From the NCBI GenBank assembly GCA_007126415.1, contig SLBH01000010.1, positions 1 to 36,192 on the forward strand: a stretch of DNA of 36,192 bases, read 5' to 3'. The notes under the pieces were generated by a model. It ran no database searches, was not told the origin of the DNA, and saw only the letters and a program-made list of their open reading frames with translations. The stretch comes from Spirochaetales bacterium (GTDB lineage Bacteria; Spirochaetota; Spirochaetia; DSM-27196; SLAA01). The position numbers and the translations under genes are program-made. This document shows, one piece after another, positions 35,897 through 36,192 of the stretch. Each line of letters begins with the position of its first letter. Position 1 is the first letter of the stretch.

Positions 35897-36192
35897 GCGG
35901 CCTTCGCACGCTCTCACACGACGGCTCGCCACGCTCGGCAGGCTCGGGCCAGGGCCGCGCACGAGCGATGGAGTATCGCCGACGCCTCGGCCGTACCTTT
36001 CTCGACGACGGACGCGTGATGCTCGAGGGGCTTAAGGATGCGATCGCCCAGATCGGGCAGTCGGCGGATTCCGGCGCGCTCGTGAACCAAGCGTTTCGCT
36101 ATGCGCATTCGTTGAAGTCGGAAGCATCCTTTCTTGGGCTGACGCCGTTGTTCGAGCACGCGTATGCGCTCGAGGAGTATCTTGCGTTGGTG
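35893..36192 (+). CDS. Hpt-domain protein, N-terminal fragment (CheA-like histidine kinase start; 3' end outside window)
   Basis: This ORF is not in the supplied track because it is open at the window edge. My own translation from ATG 35893 (ATGA overlap with the J-protein stop) is MSGLRTLSHDGSPRSAGSGQGRARAMEYRRRLGRTFLDDGRVMLEGLKDAIAQIGQSADSGALVNQAFRYAHSLKSEASFLGLTPLFEHAYALEEYLALV. The segment FRYAHSLKSEASFLG matches the Hpt phospho-His motif (compare CheA P1 ..AHSIKGGA..F..). There is no stop for 100 codons. Confidence 0.6.
   Translation, partial: MSGLRTLSHDGSPRSAGSGQGRARAMEYRRRLGRTFLDDGRVMLEGLKDAIAQIGQSADSGALVNQAFRYAHSLKSEASFLGLTPLFEHAYALEEYLALV

Noticed and set aside
35914-36159. 81-aa minus-strand ORF at the end of the window, and + strand ORF 35832-36035.
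   Set aside because: Both overlap the frame that starts at ATG 35893. That frame is stop-free to the window edge, is translationally coupled to the upstream J-protein gene and contains an Hpt motif. The alternatives have no motifs or start context.

Overview
The window is a GC-rich (by eye), fully co-directional (+ strand), tightly packed flagellar superoperon of the spirochaete/Firmicute type. A partial TPR gene and the housekeeping block dprA-xerC-hslV-hslU come first. The flagellar genes then run in this order: flgB-flgC-fliE-fliF-fliG-fliH-fliI-fliJ-flbB-fliK-flgD-flgE-flbD-motA-motB-fliL-fliM-fliY-fliO(fliZ)-fliP-fliQ-fliR-flhB-flhA-flhF-flhG. This order, the FlbB-like collar protein, FlbD in front of motA and a FlgE N-terminus close to my recollection of Treponema FlgE all point to a free-living, GC-rich spirochaete. 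That identification is an inference, not a search result. After flhG there is a hairpin plus a sigma-70-like promoter, followed by a second tightly coupled block. That block encodes a membrane/acidic 286-aa protein, sigma-28 (fliA), a FapA/DUF342 protein, a small acidic protein, a TM-coiled-coil-HTH protein, an atypical short Hsp70, a J-domain/HEAT-repeat protein and the start of an Hpt (CheA-like) protein running off the window. This post-flhG block, and above all the translationally coupled Hsp70 / J-HEAT / Hpt trio, is the least explained part of the window and my best candidate for an undescribed motility-linked chaperone/regulatory module. The other notable point is that FlgE keeps Lys165 and Asn179 but has Ser instead of Cys at the spirochaete lysinoalanine cross-link position, and contains no cysteine at all. 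I saw no tRNA, rRNA, CRISPR array, IS element or integrase-bounded island. All long minus-strand ORFs look like antisense shadows of the + strand genes. Several start codons were moved downstream of the ORF-track start where a clear Shine-Dalgarno motif supports it. All spacing counts were done by eye.
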